A stretch of 64,000 nt of DNA from assembly GCA_036675075.1 (NCBI GenBank), contig JAKFFM010000014.1, positions 39,102-103,101 of the forward strand, given 5' to 3'. A program made the translations under genes and the position numbers. The notes under the pieces are model-generated. The model saw only the letters and a program-made list of their open reading frames with translations, searched no databases and was not told the DNA's origin. Below are positions 19,392-29,267 of this stretch, piece by piece. Every line of letters starts with the position of its first letter. Position 1 is the stretch's first letter. Source of the DNA: Bacteroidota bacterium (GTDB lineage Bacteria > Bacteroidota > Bacteroidia > JAKFFM01).

Positions 19392-19433
19392 AGGTACGAT
19401 TTAAATACCTTACGGCAAAACTGTAATCGTACC
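19392..19433. repeat. Perfect 10-bp inverted repeat (AGGTACGATT / AATCGTACCT, 22-nt loop) spanning the stop codon of the upstream T9SS gene, 30 nt upstream of guaB
   Basis: Seen directly in the sequence. The minus-strand transcript would form a stem-loop here. No strong U-tract follows. Confidence 0.5.
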
Positions 19434-21461
19434 TCCTTTATGGAAAGGTTCTGAGTCACCCGCACGCATGAATAGGTAATATGGATAAACTCCTGTCTGA
19501 ACGATATCTCCTTTGAAATAGCCGTCCCACCCGGTTTCGGGATCATTTGTTTCAAACACCTTCTGACCTCTGCGGTCATAAATCACCAGGTTGTATTCCG
19601 TGACAGCTACAAATACATTCTCTGGTTTGAACACATCATTATGCCCGTCGCCATTCGGAGTGAACGCATTCGGGATATACAGCCTCGGCAGCTGTGTTAC
19701 ACAGACAACATCTGACTTACTTACACCTTTGAGACCATGAGGATTTCCTTCACCTTCAACAGCCTGCAGGTAATAACAGAAGTTTCCATTCATCTCGGAA
19801 AAGTCATAAACATCATCCAGGAATGATAATGAAGTATCGCTTAAAGTTGCAACAGGGCTTACTTCGAAAGATCCATTGACAGCCCGGTATAATTCATATG
19901 TCAAACCATTTCCTTCATAATCAGCGTAGCTGTTCCACTTCAGATGATTCTTGAGATCAGGATTCGCTTTCACCAGCAATTTCAGGCTCGTTCCAATGTT
20001 CGAACTTAATAGCGGATTGCCGCATGTATCAACTGCTACCAGGTAATATTTATAAACATACTTTGCAGTTTCCAGGCTGTCATCGACATAAATAAGTTCG
20101 GTGGTATTGCCAGGATGAATGGTATCTGCGAGTACATAAACCCCATCCTCCGTTGCACGCATCACATTGAAATACCTGACATCCCCCGCAGGATCAACAT
20201 ACCATTCCACCTCGACTTCTGATGCAGATATGACACTGGTCTGCTTCAGATAATTAAAATCAGGAGGCTTTGGTGTATTGATGTAAACACAGGTTTTGTT
20301 CGAAAGAGACGACCTTGTATTATCACCGGAATATGCCCGGATCACATAGCAGTATGTTTCGCCATGAGTTACGCCTGTATGTGTATATGTCGTATCATTA
20401 GAACTGATATCCGCAATGTGGGTGAATACACTGTCAGATGTTGCATAGATCGAATACTTTGTACCGGATGGCCAGTGTCGATATAATGTCCATGTTAATT
20501 CAACACCACCTGCACACGGGTTCACAACAGCAGAAAGATGGATCGACTTCTGGTAATATCGCCAGGGAGTTGTATTATAACAGCTGTCGAACGTTGCAAT
20601 AGAATACGCCTGCGACGATGCGGAGGGATCATTTACAGGATTTGCATCACGGTAAAATGTATTGTTTTGCCCGAAAACCGTATCGATATTATTTGCTGAA
20701 ACACCACCGATGTTTTTATAGATGATGTATCCTCTTACATCCCTGGATAAATTTGGCTGCCATCCCATGATCGCTTCATTTGTCAGGGTATCAACTGATA
20801 CCGAATCAAAAGAAAGCAAAGCGGGATATGTCTGGTCACGGAGCACCTTTCCAACCACATTCGAAAATGAGCTGCAGCCGGTTGAATCTCTCAGCTCGAT
20901 TTTGAAATACAGCGAATCACTGACACAAAGACTGAATACCTCCACCTCCGCACTGGTGGAAGACACCGTATCGATCATCATCCAGGGCTCCGAAGGCTTT
21001 CTTTGATAGATGTAATAGACCGGGTAAGAACTAAAAGGAGAAGGTGATTTGATTGCGTTCCAGAGAAGTGTGGCACCAAGGGGACCGTTCAACACATTGA
21101 GACGAAGTGTTTGAAGTGTATCCGAATTAGGACTGAACTGCTGACTTCCATCATTCGTTTCAACAACTACATAATATTTATAACCGGCCGTATTCGCATT
21201 CACACCATTATCGAGGTACCATGTTGTGGCAATCGAAGAAACAGTGCCAATCAAAGTAAATGAAGAAGATGCCGCAGGTGAACGGTATATCTTATAGGAT
21301 ACGAACTGTGAAACAGGTATAGCCGGAACAACCCATGAAAGCTGAACAGATCCGCTTGTACTGATTGTAATGCACGTAGGCGTTACAGGTGGTACTGAAG
21401 CAGAAAAGGCTTCCAGGTTCAGAATGAGCAGTAAGGCTGATACCAGGATTCTGAACATCAA
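19410..21461 (-). CDS. T9SS-secreted protein with a type-B C-terminal sorting domain (gliding-motility-associated CTD) and N-terminal Fn3/Ig-like repeats
   Basis: Signal peptide. C-terminus ...YIPNAFTPNGDGHNDVFKP...YDRRGQKVFETND...WDG...GVYPYYL is the CHU_C/type-B T9SS CTD signature. Repetitive beta-rich body. Confidence 0.8.
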   Translation of the reverse strand: MMFRILVSALLLILNLEAFSASVPPVTPTCITISTSGSVQLSWVVPAIPVSQFVSYKIYRSPAASSSFTLIGTVSSIATTWYLDNGVNANTAGYKYYVVVETNDGSQQFSPNSDTLQTLRLNVLNGPLGATLLWNAIKSPSPFSSYPVYYIYQRKPSEPWMMIDTVSSTSAEVEVFSLCVSDSLYFKIELRDSTGCSSFSNVVGKVLRDQTYPALLSFDSVSVDTLTNEAIMGWQPNLSRDVRGYIIYKNIGGVSANNIDTVFGQNNTFYRDANPVNDPSASSQAYSIATFDSCYNTTPWRYYQKSIHLSAVVNPCAGGVELTWTLYRHWPSGTKYSIYATSDSVFTHIADISSNDTTYTHTGVTHGETYCYVIRAYSGDNTRSSLSNKTCVYINTPKPPDFNYLKQTSVISASEVEVEWYVDPAGDVRYFNVMRATEDGVYVLADTIHPGNTTELIYVDDSLETAKYVYKYYLVAVDTCGNPLLSSNIGTSLKLLVKANPDLKNHLKWNSYADYEGNGLTYELYRAVNGSFEVSPVATLSDTSLSFLDDVYDFSEMNGNFCYYLQAVEGEGNPHGLKGVSKSDVVCVTQLPRLYIPNAFTPNGDGHNDVFKPENVFVAVTEYNLVIYDRRGQKVFETNDPETGWDGYFKGDIVQTGVYPYYLFMRAGDSEPFHKGGTITVLP

Positions 21462-21491
21462 TTGGCTTTATGTAAAAATAAGCAATTAAGC

Positions 21492-22769
21492 TCAGTCAGG
21501 GTTAACAGAACCCACAACAAGCTGGTACATGTCCGACGGATCAAGGTATTGATTCGCCAGCTTCTGAATATCTGCTGTAGTAACACGATTGATCGACTCA
21601 ATGAATCGCTGGTAATATTCCTTATCAAGCCCGTATTCAACAAGAGTTTTAAATTTATCAGAAATCGCAAAGGGGCCATCCATGCTTCTCAGAAAGACCC
21701 CCAGCATGTAATTCCTGACAAGCTCCAGCTCATCCTGACCAACGGGCTGCTCCCTTAAACGAATGATCTCTTTATATATTTCATCAATGGCAGCTTTTGT
21801 GACATCTGATCCTACTTCAGTGGTAATGAAAAACATTCCCGTCTGATGCAGTGATGCGATACTTGAACCGATACCGTATGTATAACCTTTATCCTCCCGG
21901 ATATTCGCCATGAGCCTTGACCCGAAATATCCTCCAAGAAGTGTGTTCACGACAAGCATCTGAAAGTAGTCGGAGTGGCGCCTGTTAAACAGTGGCATAC
22001 CGATCCTGATCGCACTTTGAACAGCATCCCTTTTTTCAATGAACTGCTTTTTCTGAGCTGAAGGAGTAAGCACCTGCAGCACGTCAGGTTCCGGAGTCCT
22101 GGAATTTGCTGGTTTCAGGTATGCTTCTATTAATTTCTTGTCCTCTGGAATGATCTTTCCGCTTACAAGAATTACAGCACGAGAAAGGTCATATCGTTCA
22201 GAATAGAATTGAATAACATCTTCTCTCCTTAAATTATCGTAATCCGTTTCTGTAATGTAGTGGCCATAAGGAGTTGCGCCACCGAAGATCATCTCAGAGA
22301 ATTTCAGTCTCGCAATGAAATCAACCTTTTCACTGTTGACGAGGTAACGCTGCTTGTTGTTCTTCAGAAACAGGTCAAACTCTTTTTGCGGATAAGTCGG
22401 ATTAGCCAGCATGTCCTGGAGAACCGGAAGGCATGATTCAAGGTGCTTCGAAAGACAGTAAAGGATGACCGAGGCAGTATCCTTGTTGTTGTCTGTTTCA
22501 AGAAAGGCACCCAAATAATCGAGTTTATCCGCGATCTGTTCTGCACTGTACTTCGCGGATCCTTCTTTTATATTCTGATTTGCAACAAATGAAGAAAGAG
22601 GTACTTTCTCGAATCGGTTTCCTGCAAAGAAAAGGCATTCTATCCTCAGGACATTCTGAGTGCCTGCGTTGATGTAGATGATCTCAGGAGAATTTGAAGG
22701 TCCTTTTTCCGGCTCTGGAAGCCTTATTGATCGGATATCCTGGAATGCCGGAGCTTCTGTTCTGTTCAT
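21492..22769 (-). CDS. M16-family (pitrilysin-like) peptidase subunit, apparently non-catalytic
   Basis: M16 domain layout with no HxxEH zinc motif. 4-nt overlap with the upstream M16 gene suggests translational coupling. Confidence 0.75.
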   Translation of the reverse strand: MNRTEAPAFQDIRSIRLPEPEKGPSNSPEIIYINAGTQNVLRIECLFFAGNRFEKVPLSSFVANQNIKEGSAKYSAEQIADKLDYLGAFLETDNNKDTASVILYCLSKHLESCLPVLQDMLANPTYPQKEFDLFLKNNKQRYLVNSEKVDFIARLKFSEMIFGGATPYGHYITETDYDNLRREDVIQFYSERYDLSRAVILVSGKIIPEDKKLIEAYLKPANSRTPEPDVLQVLTPSAQKKQFIEKRDAVQSAIRIGMPLFNRRHSDYFQMLVVNTLLGGYFGSRLMANIREDKGYTYGIGSSIASLHQTGMFFITTEVGSDVTKAAIDEIYKEIIRLREQPVGQDELELVRNYMLGVFLRSMDGPFAISDKFKTLVEYGLDKEYYQRFIESINRVTTADIQKLANQYLDPSDMYQLVVGSVNPD

Positions 22770-24007
22770 TTTTTCAAGGCTTTATAGTATAAGACAGAAG
22801 AATTATTCTCAACGAAAAGACTGGTAGATACCTCACGGATGTCTTCTGCAGTCACCTTTGCATAACGCTCCACTTCCATATTGATCAGGGATGCATCACC
22901 GAGCAGTTCAAAATATGCCAGGTTCATGGCTTTGTTCAGCACATTTGTTTCACCAAACACGTGTACAGACTCCACCTTATTCTTCACCTTTTGCAATTCA
23001 TCTTCAGCAACCAGTTCAGTAGTTAGTTTTTTCAGTTCCTCATCTATCGCCGCTTCAGCAACATCAAAGGTCACACCTGCAGCCAGCTTTCCCGAAACCA
23101 CAAGCAAACCTGCATCAATATCTCCTGAAACATAAGCGTTCACCTCGCTGAAGAGCTTCTTCCCTTTAACAAGGTTATTGTAAAACCTTGAAGATCTTCC
23201 ATTACTGAGGATATCCGAAATGAGATCCGTAGTGTGGAATTGCGGATCATTTCTCGCCACCATATGAAACACTTTATAGATCGAATCAACAGGAACATTT
23301 CTTTCAACTGTCAAGGTACGTTTCTCCTCCTGCCTAGGCTCCTCTTGGATCGCGCGTGTTCCTATCCTGCGTTTTTCAATATCTCCAAACCATTTTTCCG
23401 ACAGCTGCTTTACAGTATCAAGATCTGTATTGCCTGCCACCACCATGATCGCATTGTTTGGAGCATAATGACTATAAAAGAAAGCCTTTACATCATCCAT
23501 GGTTGCATTTTCGATGTGCTTAATGTCCTTGCCGATTGTCGGCCATTGGTAAGGATGCACTCTGTACGCCAGTGGCCTTAGCAGAAGCCATACATCTCCA
23601 TAAGGCTGATTGAGGTACCTCTGGCGGAATTCTTCGATAACTACACTGCGCTGCACTTCCAGGCTCTTATCAGAGAACCCGAGCTGAAGCATACGATCCG
23701 ACTCAAGCCAGAAGCCTGTTTCGAGGTTTTCCGCAGGTAGAGTTATATAGTAATTGGTGATGTCGTTGTTTGTAAACGCGTTGTTTTCACCACCGACCCT
23801 TTGTAAAGGCTCATCAAAGCTTGGTATATTTAAAGAGCCCCCGAACATGAGATGTTCGAAAAGATGCGCAAATCCTGTCTTTTCAAAATCTTCATCGCGG
23901 GCACCCACATCATACAGGATGTTGACACAAACAAGAGGTGTCGATCTGTCTTCATGGAAGATCACCTTCAGTCCGTTGTCTAATGTAAACTTGTTAAATC
24001 CGATCAT
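22766..24007 (-). CDS. M16-family zinc peptidase, catalytic subunit
   Basis: Inverted zinc-binding motif HLFEHLMF (HxxEH) near the N-terminus. M16 N- and C-domains. Confidence 0.85.
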   Translation of the reverse strand: MIGFNKFTLDNGLKVIFHEDRSTPLVCVNILYDVGARDEDFEKTGFAHLFEHLMFGGSLNIPSFDEPLQRVGGENNAFTNNDITNYYITLPAENLETGFWLESDRMLQLGFSDKSLEVQRSVVIEEFRQRYLNQPYGDVWLLLRPLAYRVHPYQWPTIGKDIKHIENATMDDVKAFFYSHYAPNNAIMVVAGNTDLDTVKQLSEKWFGDIEKRRIGTRAIQEEPRQEEKRTLTVERNVPVDSIYKVFHMVARNDPQFHTTDLISDILSNGRSSRFYNNLVKGKKLFSEVNAYVSGDIDAGLLVVSGKLAAGVTFDVAEAAIDEELKKLTTELVAEDELQKVKNKVESVHVFGETNVLNKAMNLAYFELLGDASLINMEVERYAKVTAEDIREVSTSLFVENNSSVLYYKALKK

Positions 24008-24990
24008 TAAAAGCTTATTTTTTTAAAACCTTCCTGTACCTCCAGGAATTCAGTTATAATTTCATTCAGTATTTCACCAGCAGGCTGGATATTCCTGATC
24101 ATTCCAGAAACCTGTCCAATTTCAAGCTCACCTTCATCCAGATCACCTTCGAACATGCCTTTTTTTGCTCTTGCTCTTCCTAATACTGAGGCAAGCTCTT
24201 CTTTAGTGGCACCGCGTTCTTCCGCCTGTTTAACCTGTTCGTAAAAAGCATTCTTTATTAATCTGACAGGAGTGAGCTGCTTTAAGGTTACCGTTGTATC
24301 ACCTTCATTGGACTCGATCACTTTCTTTTTAAAAGACATATGTGCGGATGATTCCAGGGATGCGACAAACCTGCTGCCAATCTGAACACCTTCAGCGCCG
24401 AGACAAAAAGCGGCAGCCATGGCAGCACCGGAACCAATGCCACCGGCTGCTATCAGGGGCAATGACGTCACTTTTCTTACCATAGGGATCAGACACATGG
24501 TGGTCGTTTCTTCCCTGCCATTGTGACCACCGGCCTCAAAACCCTCTGCAACCACAGCATCCACACCTGCTTCTTCACACTTCATGGCAAATTTGCTGTT
24601 TGAAACAACATGAACAACAGTGACCCCTTCACTTTTTAACGGCTGGGTCCAGGTTTTGGGATTTCCTGCAGAAGTGATAACGATGTTCACCTTCTCACGA
24701 AGTACAACCTCCATAAGTTCTTTAATATCAGGATATAACAGAGGAACATTGATTCCAAAAGGTTGTGATGTTGACTGTTTACATTTTTTGATATGCGCTT
24801 CAAGAATATCAGGGTACATAGAACCTGCACCGATAATTCCGAGTCCCCCTGCATTACTTACAGCAGCAGCGAGTTCCCATCCACTGCACCAGATCATCCC
24901 TGCCTGAACAACCGGATATTTTATCTTAAAAAGTTCTGTAATTCTATTCATTCTGAAACATAATCCTGAGGTAGGCAAAATTAGAAACAT
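24007..24990 (-). CDS. Nitronate monooxygenase / FabK-like enoyl-ACP reductase family (NMO, FMN-dependent TIM barrel)
   Basis: VVQAGMIWCSGWELAAAVSNAGGLGIIGAG ... VIAAGGIGSGAAMAAAFCLGAEGVQIGSRF. Confidence 0.8.
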   Translation of the reverse strand: MFLILPTSGLCFRMNRITELFKIKYPVVQAGMIWCSGWELAAAVSNAGGLGIIGAGSMYPDILEAHIKKCKQSTSQPFGINVPLLYPDIKELMEVVLREKVNIVITSAGNPKTWTQPLKSEGVTVVHVVSNSKFAMKCEEAGVDAVVAEGFEAGGHNGREETTTMCLIPMVRKVTSLPLIAAGGIGSGAAMAAAFCLGAEGVQIGSRFVASLESSAHMSFKKKVIESNEGDTTVTLKQLTPVRLIKNAFYEQVKQAEERGATKEELASVLGRARAKKGMFEGDLDEGELEIGQVSGMIRNIQPAGEILNEIITEFLEVQEGFKKISF

Positions 24991-25050
24991 AATCTGTTTC
25001 AGATATATATGTGTATTTATGCATTTAAAATCGTCGTATTGATTTTTTTC

Positions 25051-25058
25051 TAACTTTG
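25051..25058 (+). promoter_or_regulatory. Putative -7 box TAACTTTG 10 nt upstream of the ATG at 25069
   Basis: Matches TAnnTTTG. Identical octamers with the same spacing occur upstream of the starts at 5079 and 54458, and a fourth copy lies at 6018-6025 just before the DUF1573 terminator. Confidence 0.4.
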
Positions 25059-25068
25059 CGACAATTGT

Positions 25069-26016
25069 ATGCTGAGAAAACTAACCATAGTTATTCTTTT
25101 GGCATTGCTACCTTTTGCTTCAAAAGCCCAGTATAAATGGGATTTTGGCCTGGGAATCGGGGGTGCAAACTACCTCGGTGAAATGGGCGGAAAAGCTGGC
25201 ACCAGAAGAAACTTTGTTGCGGATATGAAGATTGCTGCCACCAGGCCAGCTATTGCACCCTATGTCAGGATGAAGATGGGACAAAACCTAAGCCTGAGAG
25301 GTGGATTAGCGTGGGTTAGAATATCCGGTGCAGACAGCTTATCTCTAAACCGCGGCCGTGTCGGACGTAACCTGAGCTTCCGTAATGATATCTATGAGGT
25401 ATCAGTACTTGCCGAATACAACTTCTACAGTCAGAATGACATTGCAAGATTCAACCGTAAGCGTGTTGATATAAGATCATACGCTTTTGGTGGTGCTGCT
25501 GGTTTCTACCATAACCCCGTAACTCAATACAATGGTTCATGGGTTCCTTTAAGACCACTTCATACCGAAGGCCAGACAATGGTCAACGGAAGGAAAGAAT
25601 ATTCAAAGTTCTCATTTGGTGTTCCGGTGGGTGTTGGTGTTTACTGGATCTATAACAGGGTTTACAAGCTGGGAGTAGAAGTTAACTGGAGACTTACGTT
25701 TACAGATTACCTTGATGATGTCAGCACGACCTATGTGCCTACTGAATACTTCACTGATCCAACAGCACTTGCTTTACAGAACAGACGTGGAGAAACAACT
25801 TCTCCAAATGCAGCGGGAGAAAAGAATTATGGCTACGATTATGGAAACAAGGTAGAACAGAAGCGGGGAGATCCTACACACAAAGACAACTACCTTACTA
25901 CATCGCTTACTTTCAGCTATTCGATAAGAGGAAAGAATTCCTTCTATAAATCGAAATACAACTATATCACCGGTAAACGCAAGATGCGTAAGCGTAGGGT
26001 AAGAGCGAAGTTCTAA
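25069..26016 (+). CDS. Predicted outer-membrane beta-barrel protein with a highly basic C-terminal tail
   Basis: Signal peptide. Alternating amphipathic beta-strands rich in aromatics (YKWDFGLGIGGANYLGE...). C-terminus KRKMRKRRVRAKF. Confidence 0.45.
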   Translation: MLRKLTIVILLALLPFASKAQYKWDFGLGIGGANYLGEMGGKAGTRRNFVADMKIAATRPAIAPYVRMKMGQNLSLRGGLAWVRISGADSLSLNRGRVGRNLSFRNDIYEVSVLAEYNFYSQNDIARFNRKRVDIRSYAFGGAAGFYHNPVTQYNGSWVPLRPLHTEGQTMVNGRKEYSKFSFGVPVGVGVYWIYNRVYKLGVEVNWRLTFTDYLDDVSTTYVPTEYFTDPTALALQNRRGETTSPNAAGEKNYGYDYGNKVEQKRGDPTHKDNYLTTSLTFSYSIRGKNSFYKSKYNYITGKRKMRKRRVRAKF

Positions 26017-26042
26017 CCATACACTGAAAAAAAAAGAGCTTG

Positions 26043-26078
26043 AATTTTCGAGCTCTTTTTTTTTTATACCTATCCGAT
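26043..26078. terminator. Bidirectional intrinsic terminator between the OMP gene (+) and DegT (-)
   Basis: A9-GAGCT-loop-AGCTC-T10: AAAGAGCT / AGCTCTTT stem, flanked by an A-run and a T-run. Confidence 0.7.
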
Positions 26079-26109
26079 CATTCCAGATCCATTGAATTTC
26101 CGGGATCTA

Positions 26110-27258
26110 TCACGACCTTGTATAGAATGCATACAACGCTTCTGCAATCCTCAGCTGATCTTCGAAAGTGAGTTCATGATACAGTGGCAGTCGCACCAGG
26201 CGATCGCCAAACTCAGTGGCATTAGGGAGGTGAGATTTCTGCTCGTTAGAAAAATATGGACTGAGGTGCAAAGGCAGGTAATGAAATGCAGCCCTGATTT
26301 TATGATTGTCCAGAAACCTGATAAGTGAAGTTCGTTCATCAAGTGAGCGGCATAAAATATAAAAGATATGACCACTGTTCGATGAGCCTCCGGGTAACTG
26401 AGGCAGCTGAATATACTGTTCATTCCCGAGAGGTTTCAGCAATTCATTATAAGTATTCCATTGGTTTACTCGTTTCTCCTGAATGCTCTGGATCTGTTCA
26501 AGCTGAGCGTACAGGAAGGCCGCGATAATGTCTGAAGGAAGAAAGGAAGAACCAATATCTACCCAGTTGTACTTATCAATTTCCCCTCTCGAAAATGCAG
26601 AGCGGTTTGTTCCTTTCTCCCGAATGATCTCAGCGCGATGGATGAAACGTTCATCATTTATCGCCAGCAAGCCACCTTCACCACAGATCACATTTTTTGT
26701 TTCGTGGAATGAGAACGCAGACATCGCCCCGAAACTACCAACGGGACGCCCCTTATAGGATGATTCAAGAGCAAGCGCAGCGTCTTCAATAACGAAAAGA
26801 TTATGTTCAGACGCTATAGACATGATGGAATCCATATCACAGGCAGCTCCAGCGTAATGAACAGGGACAATTGCTTTTGTGTTCCTAGTGACAAACTTTC
26901 GGACCGAATCAGGATCAATGTTCGGATGATCCCTGAGGCTGTCAGCGAATTTCACTTTCGCTCCCCGCAACAGAAATGCATTCGCTGTAGATACGAACGT
27001 AAACGAAGGCATGATCACTTCATCCCCCGGTTTGATGTCTGCAAGGATGGCACTCATCTCAAGAGCGTCGGTGCATGAAGTTGTCAGCAGAGCCCGCTTG
27101 AATCCATAACGCTTTTCAAAGAAATCATGGCATTGACGGGTGAAATGGCCATCCCCTGAGATCTTTCCATTTAATACCGCCTGTTTGATATATTCCATTT
27201 CATTTCCTGAAAGAAATGGCTTATTAAAAGGAATATATGCAGTGTTTTCTGGAGGCAT
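26110..27258 (-). CDS. DegT/DnrJ/EryC1/StrS-family PLP-dependent sugar aminotransferase
   Basis: LLTTSCTDALEMSAILADIKPGDEVIMPSFTFVSTANAF and the downstream PLP-lysine region. Last (3'-most) gene of the glycan locus. Confidence 0.9.
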   Translation of the reverse strand: MPPENTAYIPFNKPFLSGNEMEYIKQAVLNGKISGDGHFTRQCHDFFEKRYGFKRALLTTSCTDALEMSAILADIKPGDEVIMPSFTFVSTANAFLLRGAKVKFADSLRDHPNIDPDSVRKFVTRNTKAIVPVHYAGAACDMDSIMSIASEHNLFVIEDAALALESSYKGRPVGSFGAMSAFSFHETKNVICGEGGLLAINDERFIHRAEIIREKGTNRSAFSRGEIDKYNWVDIGSSFLPSDIIAAFLYAQLEQIQSIQEKRVNQWNTYNELLKPLGNEQYIQLPQLPGGSSNSGHIFYILCRSLDERTSLIRFLDNHKIRAAFHYLPLHLSPYFSNEQKSHLPNATEFGDRLVRLPLYHELTFEDQLRIAEALYAFYTRS

Positions 27259-27304
27259 TCAGTTCCGTTTTAAATAAATCAGCTTTAATAAACAGGAGAA
27301 TTCC

Positions 27305-28399
27305 TTACCTCCCTGATACCACCGGAGCCAATGCCGGCTTCCTGTCAGGATAATATTTGTCACGAAGTATCAGCATCGGTTTTTCAACTGTTTTATACAG
27401 GAGATAGCTCACCAAACAGGTGATCACAACCAGTATCAGCAATGTCAGGTAATGTGAAACACCATCGAATTTCAGCATATCCATAAATAATATTTTAACC
27501 TCCATATGAACCAGATACAAGGCGTATGAAAGCTTGCTTCCCCATAATACAAAACTATTCAGAGGCTTAAGGTATACGCTCTTCAGGCTGTTCACAGAAT
27601 TCTCGAAATATGGTAATGTGAGCATGATTAAAAAGCTCAAAATGGAGAACGAAAAGGTCCTGGTCCAAATGTAATTGTTGGTGGTATCAACAGGAGTTTT
27701 GATCATATAAATAACTGCGAAATAAACACCAAGCATGAGCACGCTTCCAAGGAATACCGGCAAGGAATTCATCTTATTAAAAAATGATGTGTATTGATAT
27801 TTAATATATGCCAGCAGAACACCAAACAACAGGGTATCCTGGCGCAGCGGAACATTCCCTACGATTCCGGCCCACTGAGTATCAGTGAAATAAACCCATG
27901 AAAATCGAAGAATATTAATTAATATAATAACAGCCGTGATGAATCCGAATATGTTCTTTGGCTTTTTTGAAATGAACTTAATAAAGAGGAACAAGCCAAC
28001 AGGCACACCTAGGTAAAACCACTCATCGATCACTAAGGTCCATGTTTCAGGATAGAAGTCAATGCCATAGAAATGGTTCTGCAGGAAAAAAACATAATAA
28101 AGAATATTCCAGCCAATGGAATGATCTATTGCAAACTTGAAGAAAAGACAGAAGTAATAAAGTGGAAGGATTCTGAACCACCTCCTCATCATAAACCTGT
28201 TCAACGAAGAACCTTCGATCTCAGGTGTCTGAAGAAGATCAGCAAACAATATTTGGCCAATCAGGAAGCCACTGATTACAAAGAGGAATTCAATTGCGAA
28301 ATAACCATAGTTAAATCCTCTAATAAAACCGTAATGAAAAGCGATTACAAGAATAATTGATAAGGTCCTGATAAGATCGATCCCGTAACTACGCTTCAT
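27305..28399 (-). CDS. Acyltransferase family 3 (OafA/YrhL-like integral membrane O-acyltransferase)
   Basis: 10-11 TM helices. N-terminal IDLIRTLSIILVIAFHYG motif. Confidence 0.8.
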   Translation of the reverse strand: MKRSYGIDLIRTLSIILVIAFHYGFIRGFNYGYFAIEFLFVISGFLIGQILFADLLQTPEIEGSSLNRFMMRRWFRILPLYYFCLFFKFAIDHSIGWNILYYVFFLQNHFYGIDFYPETWTLVIDEWFYLGVPVGLFLFIKFISKKPKNIFGFITAVIILINILRFSWVYFTDTQWAGIVGNVPLRQDTLLFGVLLAYIKYQYTSFFNKMNSLPVFLGSVLMLGVYFAVIYMIKTPVDTTNNYIWTRTFSFSILSFLIMLTLPYFENSVNSLKSVYLKPLNSFVLWGSKLSYALYLVHMEVKILFMDMLKFDGVSHYLTLLILVVITCLVSYLLYKTVEKPMLILRDKYYPDRKPALAPVVSGR

Positions 28400-28517
28400 T
28401 TTTCACTTCAAAATTTAATAATACTCAGTTTAATGACAACTGATTATATCCCTTGTGCTTCTTTCATAAATTTAAGTAAAATCCTAAAATCCTGAATGCT
28501 CTAGGCAAACGAAGATT

Positions 28518-29267
28518 TCATGACCACAGGAACTGACCTATTTTCCGCAATGGCTTCATCCAGATTGTATAAAATCTCGGCTTGAGACCATTGATCTCCC
28601 ATGCTAGGCGGTCTTCCCTGTTCGCCCGGATCCTGTTGGCAATGCTGCTGTTGCTCTTACCTCCCACCCTCATCTTGACAAGCACGCGTGGCAGGTATGC
28701 TACCCTGATCCTGAATTTATGAATGAACCTTAACATCAGCTCATAGTCTGCTGCTGATTTCAGCCTGGTATCGAAAGCACCATAATTGATATATGCGCTT
28801 CTCCTTACGAAGAACGCCGGATGAGGAGGCATCCAGCCATTTAAAAACATCCCGTGAGTGTAAGCGCCTGAGCGCCAGGTTCTGAATACAGTAAATTGCT
28901 CATCGTTCCTTACATATTCAAGATCACCATAAACTGCATCGGCTGCTGTTTCAGAAAACTTATCAGTAACGTCTGACAACACTTCATCATCTACATAAAA
29001 ATCATCTGAATTAAGAATCCCCACCACTTCACCAGTGGCAAGCTTTAATCCCTTGTTCAAGGCATCATACATGCCATTGTCTTTTTCACTGATGACTGTG
29101 GTAATACGGTCCCTGTACATATTTATGATCTCAAGTGTACCATCGGTTGACCCTCCATCGATGATGATGTATTCAAGATCCCTGTGATCCTGCATACATA
29201 CAGATTGTAAGGTTTTCCCGATCGTGGCGGAACTATTATAGCTTACCGTGATAATTGAGATCTTCAT
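28518..29267 (-). CDS. Glycosyltransferase family 2
   Basis: KISIITVSYNSSATIGKTLQSV ... EYIIIDGGSTDGT ... DDF (DxD). Confidence 0.85.
   Translation of the reverse strand: MKISIITVSYNSSATIGKTLQSVCMQDHRDLEYIIIDGGSTDGTLEIINMYRDRITTVISEKDNGMYDALNKGLKLATGEVVGILNSDDFYVDDEVLSDVTDKFSETAADAVYGDLEYVRNDEQFTVFRTWRSGAYTHGMFLNGWMPPHPAFFVRRSAYINYGAFDTRLKSAADYELMLRFIHKFRIRVAYLPRVLVKMRVGGKSNSSIANRIRANREDRLAWEINGLKPRFYTIWMKPLRKIGQFLWS

Noticed and set aside
25069-26016. Calling the OMP a specific family (PagL, OmpW or DUF-numbered)
   Set aside because: Only generic beta-barrel features are visible, namely a signal peptide, alternating aromatic strands and a terminal Phe. No family-specific catalytic residues could be verified by eye.
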